Source: an uncultured Lentisphaeria bacterium (GTDB taxonomy: Bacteria > Verrucomicrobiota > Lentisphaeria > JABSQK01 > JAJFLO01). From it: a stretch of 32,000 nt of DNA. A program made the translations under genes and the position numbers. Under the pieces are notes generated by a model, which worked only from the letters and a program-made list of their open reading frames with translations, had not been told where the DNA came from and searched no databases. Positions 17,306-26,200 of the stretch are shown here, piece after piece (position 1 is the stretch's first letter; each line of letters opens with the position of its first letter). Where the stretch lies: contig OX638337.1 of NCBI GenBank assembly GCA_951812855.1, positions 240,001 to 272,000 of the forward strand, in the 5' to 3' direction.

Positions 17306-20300
17306 TTAATTCAATTTCAAATCAACCTGACCCGGTCCGGAATTTACATAAACCCAATATCCTCTCCCTGCTTCCAGCTTATCTGCTGTTACAAATATCT
17401 GGTTCGCCGCATCCCAGTACCAGATCGACCGACTCACTCCATCAGACACTCCGGGCAGTGAAGCAACCGCACCATCTCCAGAGGGTCCAATAAGATTCCA
17501 GCCATTCTCAACACTCACACGTGAGTTCGTCACTGAATTACCCGGAATATTTTGCAGCGTAATGTCTCGATCAGCATAAATCCAATATCCGGTTTTAGAA
17601 GAAACAACTGATTCATCTCTAATAAATTTTGTCATTCCCGGTTTAGCATCCCAGCGCCAGGGAAACCCCTTAATACAACGGGTGCCATCTGGACATTTAA
17701 ACAAATCCAGCGGAGACTGATCTAACGGTCCAGTTTTAATTGAAATCAAATTCCATCCGCGGAACAATTGCATCTTCTGAGTAACAATAGCAATAAAAAT
17801 ATTCATTTGAACCGGGTCAGACAGTAGACCCAAAGCATCGTTTTTATCTCTAACTCTAAAGACAATTGAATCAGAATTCGGTGCACTATCATCAATACCG
17901 GTATTCAGTGTATACGTTATCGATAAACCTTTCAACTGTACCAGAGAAGCATCACCACCGCTATTAAAAGACAGTGTCCCTTTTCCTGGGAATTGTTCGA
18001 TTGATAAAGAAAAATCATCCAGTTGAATTCCAGCAGTATAATCACGGTCACTTATATCAAATAAATCTCTGGAAATTACCGCAGATTTCGTTTCCTTAAT
18101 TACTAAGAGTCGGTGGATCGATAACGTTGGTTTATAGCGAATATTCAGAACATTGCTCTTAACCCAGGCTGATGGTAATGTTGAGGTAAAAACACGAACT
18201 TCAACAAACCACTGATCGCCTTCGACAAGATTTGCGTTCCCAATTCGTGCTGAAGTGAATGTCGCCTGAATTACATTATTCTTAGACCATCGATACTGGG
18301 TACTTATGATGGTATCACCATCCGGATCTGATTTTGATACCGATACAGTCAGATCATCACCGACTCTTCCATTTTCCAGGCCCAAAACGGCCTCGGTTAC
18401 ACGGGGTGGACGATCTACGTTTTGAACAGTAACCTTAAATGTCATGGAATCAATACTATTCGCCTTATCCCGACCATCATCAACCTGGACAGTTACATCT
18501 GATTCTATACTCGGATTACCAGTGGACGCCACAGTAAATTCAGGCTTATAGCTATAGGTATTACCATTTGTAATTTGTCCGGGTCCACTTGTTATAGAAT
18601 AGGTCAGTGTATCCTTCGGTACTGTCAGATTGTCTGTATCCGGGTCAATTGCAATTAATTGAAATAACAGCGTCTGGTTTTCATTAACAGTCTGCGGTGT
18701 TATTTGAGTCATTACCGGTGGATCATTGACCTCGGTAACTGCAATTGTTACTCTTGCAATAGTCGAATAACCTTCTGCATCTCTAACCTTAAAGGTAAAT
18801 GAATCCTCTCCGAATACATTATCATTTGGATTATACATGACTTTGGGACTCCGCTCCCCCAACTCCGGCATATCAATACTGCTCAGCATACCGTTTTTAG
18901 GTGAAACAACGATCTCGTATCTAAGATCATTTCCTTCAGTATCTGCGGCCGTCAAATCTATCGTATGATTTGTATCTTCCAACGTGGATTCACCGGGTAA
19001 ATTAATTGCGGTCGGTAAACTATTTGATACAGCACCGAGATCCATACGGAATACATTGTCAGTACTAATATTTTCACCTAATAAATCTATTGAGTCATTG
19101 GCAAATACAGCAAACCTGCCATCTTCAGAAAGCTGACCATAATATGAATCACCACTACCATATAAATTTAATCCATCAACCGATAATGGTGCGACTCTAT
19201 TCTCTGTATCAGGAATAACTGAACTTAAATCAAGTCGATAAGCATGATCCTGAGAATTAGATGGCGACCTGAAGGAACTGTTCTCAAAAGTAAAACCCGT
19301 TGCAGGACTGACAAAATATAGATATCTCCCATCCGCGGACAGTCTGGGAAATTTTGCATTTGCAATCGTCTTGATGATTCGGTTCGATGATAACTGTGTA
19401 AGGTCAGCAACCTCGATACTCGATTCAATACCATAAGAAACAAAACGCCCCGTCCAGGATAAGGTCGGAAAAGACATATCTCCGCCCGTGTTCAAATGGC
19501 GAACAATATTACCGGAATCAAGATATTTTATCCACACCGCATTCGTTGTCGATTCATTACCGGGGGTATTAGAAAACTCCCCTTTTGTAATGAATGCGAC
19601 CCGATTACCATCCGGGCTTATCGAAGGTAGAATACATGATTTTTCTGTTTGTTCCTTATTTTTCCCTTGACTTACAAGCTCTAATTTTCCGTTTAGCGGT
19701 CTCCAAATATAAACATCCCTATACAAATCACGATCGGTGGCAAGAGACGGTTCATTATCGTCAGAAACCAGTGCATCAAACGTATTAAACACCAATGCCT
19801 TGCCGTCCGCAGAAATGGATAGATTTGTCGGTGCAGAAACTGACATTGTGATCGGTGCAGAAATATTTCCGTTTTTATCAATTAATGACCAATATAACTG
19901 TTGCGGATTCGCTGAAAGATCCACATATGCAATGGCATTGCCATTTAAAGAAATTACGGGTAAATGTGGCAAATTTGTAAATGTATTGTTAGTTGAAAAA
20001 TTATTTACTAATTTCGTTTTCCCTGACACACTGTCTCGAAGAAAAATACCACCAACACCCTGTACAGTTAGATTTGTAGAATCACTGCTAAATAAAACCC
20101 AACGTCCGTTACCGGAAAAACCAATACTGTCTCTGTCTTTAAACACCGGAGACGATGCGTTGCCAAATACTGAGTTTGGGCCTGCAGTTCCGTCAACCGT
20201 ACTTTCTACGGATAAATAGCCAATTGAAAAATCAGCAAGGGTAATAAATACACTCGCCGGTATGGACCATACCTGACCATCAGACACCTGGTAACTGAAC

Positions 20301-21838
20301 GAAATATAATGATTGGTTGTTTTATCACTTAATTGAAATTTTAAGGGAAGTTTCGCTGGAGTAAATGGTTGGTTAATTAAAATTGGATTGTTATCTTTGT
20401 CAGAAACAACGCCGATACCGCTTTCAGGCAATTCACTTAGTCTATACATCAAACTGCTTTCGGAAGTTTCAGCATCCTCTCCCTTTACCTGTATGTTGCA
20501 GGGACTCGCTGTCGTATCTTTATTACAATCTAATTTTACATCTGTAACAACAGGTCGATTGTTTCCGTCGCGGTCATATCGATATACCTGATGATAATTA
20601 CTGTTCATTAGATTCGACAGATTTGATGCTGATGAGGAAAACGTGATATATCGTCCATTCGGTGATATTGCAGGGCTGGAACAACTGCTGTCTGCACCCA
20701 TACCATCTATACCTAATGAAACACATTCCATTTTTTTTGTTTGAACATCAACGACATAAATTTGAAACACACTGTCTACTGCTCCCGGAAAATTAGATGA
20801 TTTCGACCGAAATACCAGGTACCGACCCGTATCATCTATATCGGGTTCATCACTATCATCGTCACCCTGAAAAAGACCATCAATCAAGTTGACCGGCTCA
20901 ACAGTGCCCGAACCTGTCTCATACAAAAAAATGTCTTTCTTTGCATTCGTATCATTTTGAACAATATCACTGTCCCGACTTACAAAAACAATCTTAGTCC
21001 CATCTCCTGAAATTGCAGGCTGATGACTCGCCTCTGTGGTTTCTGAATCACTTAATTTTTTGTTAATTCGTTGAATATTTCCGTCATTCCACAAAAAGAT
21101 ATCGGAAACATTGTTTCTGTCATTCATATCAAATCCGCCGTCAGAGGATTCAAATACAACCTGCTGACCACTATTACTGACATCAGGCCAAAAACTGCCG
21201 GCTGACGGTGTTTTACTTTTTATACTTATCCGAATCGGTTGCCTACTAACTCCCAATTCCCTCATATAAATATCGGATTGAGTATCTAAGACAGTGTCGA
21301 CTTCAAGATTATCATCAGCTTCATAAACCAGAAAGCTGCCATTATCTGATAACTTAAGATGATTGAAAAATTTACTCCCGCCTGCAATAGCTGAGAGATG
21401 ACTAACCGGGCTGTCTATTTTTCTCCATAGGAGAATCTGATTCTGATCATTTGCATCTGTATTCTGTCTCAACTCTGCGTAGTTGTCTCCACCAAATGCA
21501 ACACTAAGGGCAAGAGGGAAATTACGATTAATCAAGGTTGCTAAACTAAGAGTTTTAATACCTGAAGCTGAAGAATAATTATATACATCTGCACCTCCGC
21601 CAACATCCCGGGTATCAAAATTTGATGCCTTAGACAAAAAAACGATAGTTCCGGCATTGTCGACTGGAGAAATAACCCATGATGATTCCGACAAAAAACC
21701 GCTATCACTGTTTCCTGCTTTCATCTCGCCATTTTCTTCAAACGTTGAAATAATCTGTAGGGAACCTGCAAAGGCATATTGTGAATGGTAAGTTGCTAAC
21801 CAAATTACAAAAAGGACTATTATATAACATCTATTCAT
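17306..21838 (-). CDS. Giant secreted protein: two PD40/TolB-like propeller blocks, cadherin/Ig-like repeats and a C-terminal twin 'GWNLI...GYW' domain
   Basis: 1510 aa with signal peptide MNRCYIIVLFVIWLATYHSQYAFA|G. At least 12 blade motifs of the type S-x-[DN]-G-x-x-[VIL]-x-[FY]...D[IV][FY] occur (e.g. ISGDGTKIVFVS, ISPNGRYITFSS, FSGNGRWVLFSS, ISPDGNRVAFIT, LSADGRYLYFVS, LSEDGRFAVFAN). Cadherin-like repeat boundaries are VNDPP (aa 1037) and VDRPP (aa 1141). Confidence 0.9.
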   Translation of the reverse strand: MNRCYIIVLFVIWLATYHSQYAFAGSLQIISTFEENGEMKAGNSDSGFLSESSWVISPVDNAGTIVFLSKASNFDTRDVGGGADVYNYSSASGIKTLSLATLINRNFPLALSVAFGGDNYAELRQNTDANDQNQILLWRKIDSPVSHLSAIAGGSKFFNHLKLSDNGSFLVYEADDNLEVDTVLDTQSDIYMRELGVSRQPIRISIKSKTPSAGSFWPDVSNSGQQVVFESSDGGFDMNDRNNVSDIFLWNDGNIQRINKKLSDSETTEASHQPAISGDGTKIVFVSRDSDIVQNDTNAKKDIFLYETGSGTVEPVNLIDGLFQGDDDSDEPDIDDTGRYLVFRSKSSNFPGAVDSVFQIYVVDVQTKKMECVSLGIDGMGADSSCSSPAISPNGRYITFSSSASNLSNLMNSNYHQVYRYDRDGNNRPVVTDVKLDCNKDTTASPCNIQVKGEDAETSESSLMYRLSELPESGIGVVSDKDNNPILINQPFTPAKLPLKFQLSDKTTNHYISFSYQVSDGQVWSIPASVFITLADFSIGYLSVESTVDGTAGPNSVFGNASSPVFKDRDSIGFSGNGRWVLFSSDSTNLTVQGVGGIFLRDSVSGKTKLVNNFSTNNTFTNLPHLPVISLNGNAIAYVDLSANPQQLYWSLIDKNGNISAPITMSVSAPTNLSISADGKALVFNTFDALVSDDNEPSLATDRDLYRDVYIWRPLNGKLELVSQGKNKEQTEKSCILPSISPDGNRVAFITKGEFSNTPGNESTTNAVWIKYLDSGNIVRHLNTGGDMSFPTLSWTGRFVSYGIESSIEVADLTQLSSNRIIKTIANAKFPRLSADGRYLYFVSPATGFTFENSSFRSPSNSQDHAYRLDLSSVIPDTENRVAPLSVDGLNLYGSGDSYYGQLSEDGRFAVFANDSIDLLGENISTDNVFRMDLGAVSNSLPTAINLPGESTLEDTNHTIDLTAADTEGNDLRYEIVVSPKNGMLSSIDMPELGERSPKVMYNPNDNVFGEDSFTFKVRDAEGYSTIARVTIAVTEVNDPPVMTQITPQTVNENQTLLFQLIAIDPDTDNLTVPKDTLTYSITSGPGQITNGNTYSYKPEFTVASTGNPSIESDVTVQVDDGRDKANSIDSMTFKVTVQNVDRPPRVTEAVLGLENGRVGDDLTVSVSKSDPDGDTIISTQYRWSKNNVIQATFTSARIGNANLVEGDQWFVEVRVFTSTLPSAWVKSNVLNIRYKPTLSIHRLLVIKETKSAVISRDLFDISDRDYTAGIQLDDFSLSIEQFPGKGTLSFNSGGDASLVQLKGLSITYTLNTGIDDSAPNSDSIVFRVRDKNDALGLLSDPVQMNIFIAIVTQKMQLFRGWNLISIKTGPLDQSPLDLFKCPDGTRCIKGFPWRWDAKPGMTKFIRDESVVSSKTGYWIYADRDITLQNIPGNSVTNSRVSVENGWNLIGPSGDGAVASLPGVSDGVSRSIWYWDAANQIFVTADKLEAGRGYWVYVNSGPGQVDLKLN

Positions 21839-22130
21839 TCTAAAATTCTCAAAAACAGGATTTCTGCACTATACAGAGATATAAACGGTTTAACTCATTG
21901 TTACACTTAGCCGGACATATACGATAAAATAAATTTATCAACAGCATGAAAAAAACATTAAATTAACTGTGTCAAACATCGGTGGATATGTTCTAATCAT
22001 ATTCATTGGAGTTCATAACCCAAATGATACATATCTCTGTACTATCAAAAAACGGCGTATTTAGTCGTTGCGTGATTTCAAACAGCATACTGATACCCCG
22101 GGTTTTTCCTAATAAAACCAAATCAATTAT

Positions 22131-22165
22131 AAACAAAAAAGTCCCGCCTGGTCAAAAAGCGGGAC
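22131..22165 (-). terminator. Rho-independent terminator downstream of the beta-barrel gene
   Basis: On the minus strand, GTCCCGC (22165-22159) pairs with GCGGGAC (22147-22141) across an 11-nt loop, followed by TTTTTTGTTT (22140-22131). The hairpin starts 31 nt after the stop at 22196. Confidence 0.75.
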
Positions 22166-22195
22166 TCTTGAAAATGGTTTGCAAAATTATATCTT

Positions 22196-23197
22196 TTAGA
22201 AACCAAATATTAATTTTGCCTGTGTACTTGATCCACTAAGATCGACATCCGCCAGGTTCGTAGAGACATCATCAAAGACATAATCAAATCGATATTCGAG
22301 ACCAACTGCAACTGATTCATTAAGATTATAATTCAGTCCAGCATTTACATAAACTCCAAACAATAGATCGGTGGCATCATCTTTCAACTTTTTTGTGAAA
22401 TTCGCTCGCTGTACAGCATCAACATCAAGATCTGCAATTGTTAACGTTGGACCGGCCCCAATAATAAATCCAAAGTTACCTGCCTTAAAATTTCCGCTGA
22501 CACCTGCTCCAAACGTGTAAGCAGCCAAGTCAAGATCATACTCAACTCTACCCGTTACATTCGCTGCAGCACCAAGACTTATCGGAGCAGGAAAATTTCC
22601 TGCTGTTACCTCTCCGTCTCCGTCTTCATTGACATTTCGTAAGAAAACTGTTCCCGTCACATTTGTAGATAACGTTGTTGTTTCTGGATTAAAGTCTTCA
22701 TCTGTATCTGAAAGAGCGGTTGCAAACGAGAGATCAAGCTCCCAGGAGTAACCAGATTTTTCTTTCAAAACTCTTCTTGCACCAAAGACAACTCCACTGC
22801 CCTCATCAAATTCCTTGTCAGCACCCATAAACGTAATACTGTCATAGGTAACTCGAATCGGAATATCCGCAGCAGATACTTCAGCCGGAATATCAACCAA
22901 ACCATTTAACGGACTAAAATCAATAAATACCTTTGGAACATTTGTCTGATCAGCTTGAAATAAACCCGGAGCTTGAACAGCCCCGTCTTCTACAACTAAC
23001 GTATCCGCAGCATATGTACCGTTGACAAATTGTGATGCTGGATATTTGGGATTAATAAACCTGAGTTGTTCAAAATCAATATCGTCAAATGTTCGATAAT
23101 TTGCACCAATTGAAAAACGCCAGTCACTCTCGGCTGCTATTACATTACCAATCATCAGGCAAAAGGCGAAAATCGCTAATAACTTTCTATATATCAT
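22196..23197 (-). CDS. Outer-membrane beta-barrel protein, family not recognised
   Basis: 333 aa with signal peptide MIYRKLLAIFAFCLMIGNVIA|AE. Amphipathic strands alternate throughout (WRFSIGANYR, WELDLSFATAL, YTFGAGVSGNF, FGFIIGAGPTLTIA, LLFGVYVNAGLNYNL, VAVGLEYRFDYVF). The C-terminus ...AKLIFGF ends in an aromatic residue, as in OMP/BAM substrates. An AGGAG SD lies 9 nt upstream. Confidence 0.85.
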   Translation of the reverse strand: MIYRKLLAIFAFCLMIGNVIAAESDWRFSIGANYRTFDDIDFEQLRFINPKYPASQFVNGTYAADTLVVEDGAVQAPGLFQADQTNVPKVFIDFSPLNGLVDIPAEVSAADIPIRVTYDSITFMGADKEFDEGSGVVFGARRVLKEKSGYSWELDLSFATALSDTDEDFNPETTTLSTNVTGTVFLRNVNEDGDGEVTAGNFPAPISLGAAANVTGRVEYDLDLAAYTFGAGVSGNFKAGNFGFIIGAGPTLTIADLDVDAVQRANFTKKLKDDATDLLFGVYVNAGLNYNLNESVAVGLEYRFDYVFDDVSTNLADVDLSGSSTQAKLIFGF

Positions 23198-23243
23198 AAT
23201 AGTTTGCTCCTCTTTTCAAATTTAGAATTGATTACTTACAACT

Positions 23244-26200
23244 TTATTTTACAACAAAGAAAAACTGTCGACTCCAGGGGCCGTTTACTGTCGCGGTTGT
23301 TCCACGAACTCTTATTTTTACAATTGTAATCGTCTTGTTTGCTAATAACGGCTGCTGGAAAATATCAGTTAACTCCAATCTAAGGGTGTCAGCATTAACA
23401 ACACCGATATTTTTTGGTACAACAGCTAAAGGCGAATTTAATGTCTGAGTTACAAAACCATCGGTTTTGGTATCACCAAACCGCCTAATTGATGCTTCAA
23501 ATACCAAATTTGTCGGAATTAACGAATTCGTTCCAAACCCTGATACATCAATTGAATCAAAAGACTGACCATCAGTTGTATCAACATCAACAGGAGCAAT
23601 TGACAGTTCATTAAGTTCATGACCCGTTTGATCAGGCTTTGGTTTTGGAATATAACTCTTAATCCTTGCATCAGCATCCAGTTTTTCTTCTCCGGTAATG
23701 CTATTACCTGCATCTCGTTTAACATGAATTGGCGTAACTTTTACCAGATAAGTAACATCCTTTTCCGCAATATTAAACCCGGCAAGAGTACTTGTTATCG
23801 TGATCTCATTACTTTGATTGTCAGCGAACTCAGCCGTATAACTCTTTTCTGTTGTCGAATTTATAAGACTCACCAAAACTTTTTCTGCTTCGACAACAAT
23901 CCATTCAGTTTTGATTATAATCTGAGTGTCACCAACTTCAGGTTTTGTTTTTAATGATATATCTGCTAAGATTGGAACTGCAGTCGCGAGCTCAGGTTCA
24001 ATCTGGAAATATCGAGGGGGACTCCAGATATCATTAAATCCGATACTATTTTTCGTAATGACATGCCATCTGTACTGCCCGGGTTTTAAGGATACATTAA
24101 AAAACCTGTTTCCATTTGTGGCACCATTATTTGTCAAATTAATTGCCATTCCTCCGGCGGTTGCAACAAAGACAGAATAATCAGCAGCCTTGTCGACCTT
24201 ATCCCATTCAAGCCTGACGACAGCTTCATTGTTTGCACTCGCGGTTCCCACAAGGAATCCAGGATTAGTGGTATCAGGTTGGGCGATACCGGGTTTCATG
24301 GAGTTTTCATCCACACCAGATGGAGCTGCCGTAACCGTTACTGCAGTTGCTATATTAAATTTTCCTGTAACTGCGGTTCCATCACCTTTCGGATTACGAG
24401 GGGTAATACTCCACTCAAAATCTCCGCCACCTTCAACAAAAACATCCAGTTCTGTAAATTCACCGTCTATGGCAATCACTCCTTCAGCGTCTGGCTGTAA
24501 TATCTGGTCATACTGCAATATATTATTTGTAGCGAGTGATTTCACAGCGATTGTATACCCGGAAGAGTTACCCAGATTAAATATAAAATTTTGATTATCA
24601 TTCGCACCGAATGGATTGTCTGACCCTATGGGAATATCCGGCGTTGTAACCGCAGTAGTAAATGTCGCCGGGATTGTCGCAGACGCATCGGCATAACTGT
24701 CAACGTCAAGTTCTTTTCTCTGTTTTCCAACAGCTTCAAACATCATACTCTCACCATTAAACTTCGAGACTGAAACCACGTATTTACTGCCGAATGCAAT
24801 ACTTTTAGGATCATCGCAGGCACCATCAGCCGGAGTAGCATCGACACATGATGGTTTCAACCCATTCACATTGGCCTGTAAATAATCAATCGGGCTAACA
24901 GATTTTTTGGCAGCACTCGTCTTTATCGTTGTATTCAGTACTGTTTGAAAATTTTCGTCTTCTGATTCAAGTTCAATAAGAACTTTATAAACTTTCCCGG
25001 CAAAATATGTATTTTCGTCTATACTCTCCGGCACAGAATCAAAATCTTTAATATCGATAAATGGGAACCAGGGCGGTGTTCCGACTGCGATTCTGGCAGT
25101 TCCATCATTGGATTTTGCAGCTTTCACCGCTGCACCGTTATCCATGCCGTTATCAGTTGCAAAAAATGTAAACTCAGCTCTCCCGTTTGGAGGTGGATCT
25201 GACAGGGTTGGGAAAAACCAAACCTCTGCCTCGTTATCAACTGCAGTTATTGTGCTGTTTGTTCCAATTACAATATCAGCACCACCCGTCGCAGCCGTTT
25301 TTAATACACCCAGGTTTGCAGCCGGCAGCTCTTTAATTTCAAAACTGGCTATCGCACCACCGATATCATCCGGATCAGTTCCTTTTAATTTGACAGGGAT
25401 AGATAATGTATTGGCTTCATTTTGTCTACCAACACTACCCGAAACGTCACTAACGCTCGGTTTATCATTGACGGGATCGACATCTATTGTAACCGTTTGT
25501 TTTGTTGTAGAAATCCCTCCGCTTCCATCTCGTACCCAAAAATCAAAACTGTCTGCATTTTCACCGGTACCATTAAAGTTTTTAACAGGTTTATATTTCA
25601 AATCCGTACGCTCTAACGTTATAGTTAACGTTATAGTCCCCCCTTTTGCTGTTGTTATAGGAAATGGATCACCTGTTGCAGAAGAAACAATACTTAAAGC
25701 AGTTAACAGATTATCAGTCGGATCATCATCGTTAACAAATATATCAGTTGAAGATGGAGTTTTCGTGTCTCCAAGAGTTACTGATATTTTCTTTTCTGTA
25801 TCCTCTTCTGCCGTAACAGCAGAGCTCGGCTTAGACGCTGTAGGCAGCGTATTTGAGATAGTGATTGATTTAGTGAGATCCTGACTTGCAATACTTTCAG
25901 CATTTTCTCCATCTTTTGCTCTCACACGAACCTTGACGACGTCGCCCTTTTCAAACTGACCGTCGAATTCTGTATCATCTGCATCACCGTCTGATGTTTC
26001 TACATCATTTACAAACCAGACAATAGCCAAATCCCCAGCGGTATTCGGCTGCAAATCATCCTCAGAATCTGCATCTGCCGGTATTGCCTGCGTCAAATCA
26101 ACATTTATTTTACTTGCCCTAAATGCCGGATCAGGAGTTAAAGATACAGAACCGCTGATGGTCGGGACGCTGTTCAGTACAGTTTTTTGTCCTGACCTCG

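Noticed and set aside
19737-20219. 160-aa plus-strand ORF antisense to the 1510-aa gene
   Set aside because: Same reasoning. It lies opposite clear PD40 blade motifs and has no start context or recognisable features.
22006-22239. 77-aa plus-strand ORF spanning the barrel-gene terminator
   Set aside because: It overlaps the 3' end of the barrel gene and the hairpin, and has no SD or recognisable sequence. The region is better explained as a terminator plus the promoter of the 1510-aa gene.
23244-23640. T9SS C-terminal sorting domain on the 1820-aa protein, with the barrel as PorP/SprF
   Set aside because: The tail (...KTITIVKIRVRGTTATVNGPWSRQFFFVVK) is beta-rich, but it matches neither the type A nor the type B CTD motifs as I remember them. 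The barrel lacks the PorP/SprF N-terminal signature. I kept this only as an analogy in the findings, and it needs an HMM check.
25108-25884. 258-aa plus-strand ORF antisense to the 1820-aa gene, together with 24190-24594, 26158-26565 and 26698-27015
   Set aside because: The translations are low-complexity and Ser/Val/Pro/Thr-rich with no motifs, SD or signal. These are typical shadow ORFs opposite a long gene rich in Thr/Asp/Gly/Val codons, and the minus-strand frame carries all the recognisable domain structure.
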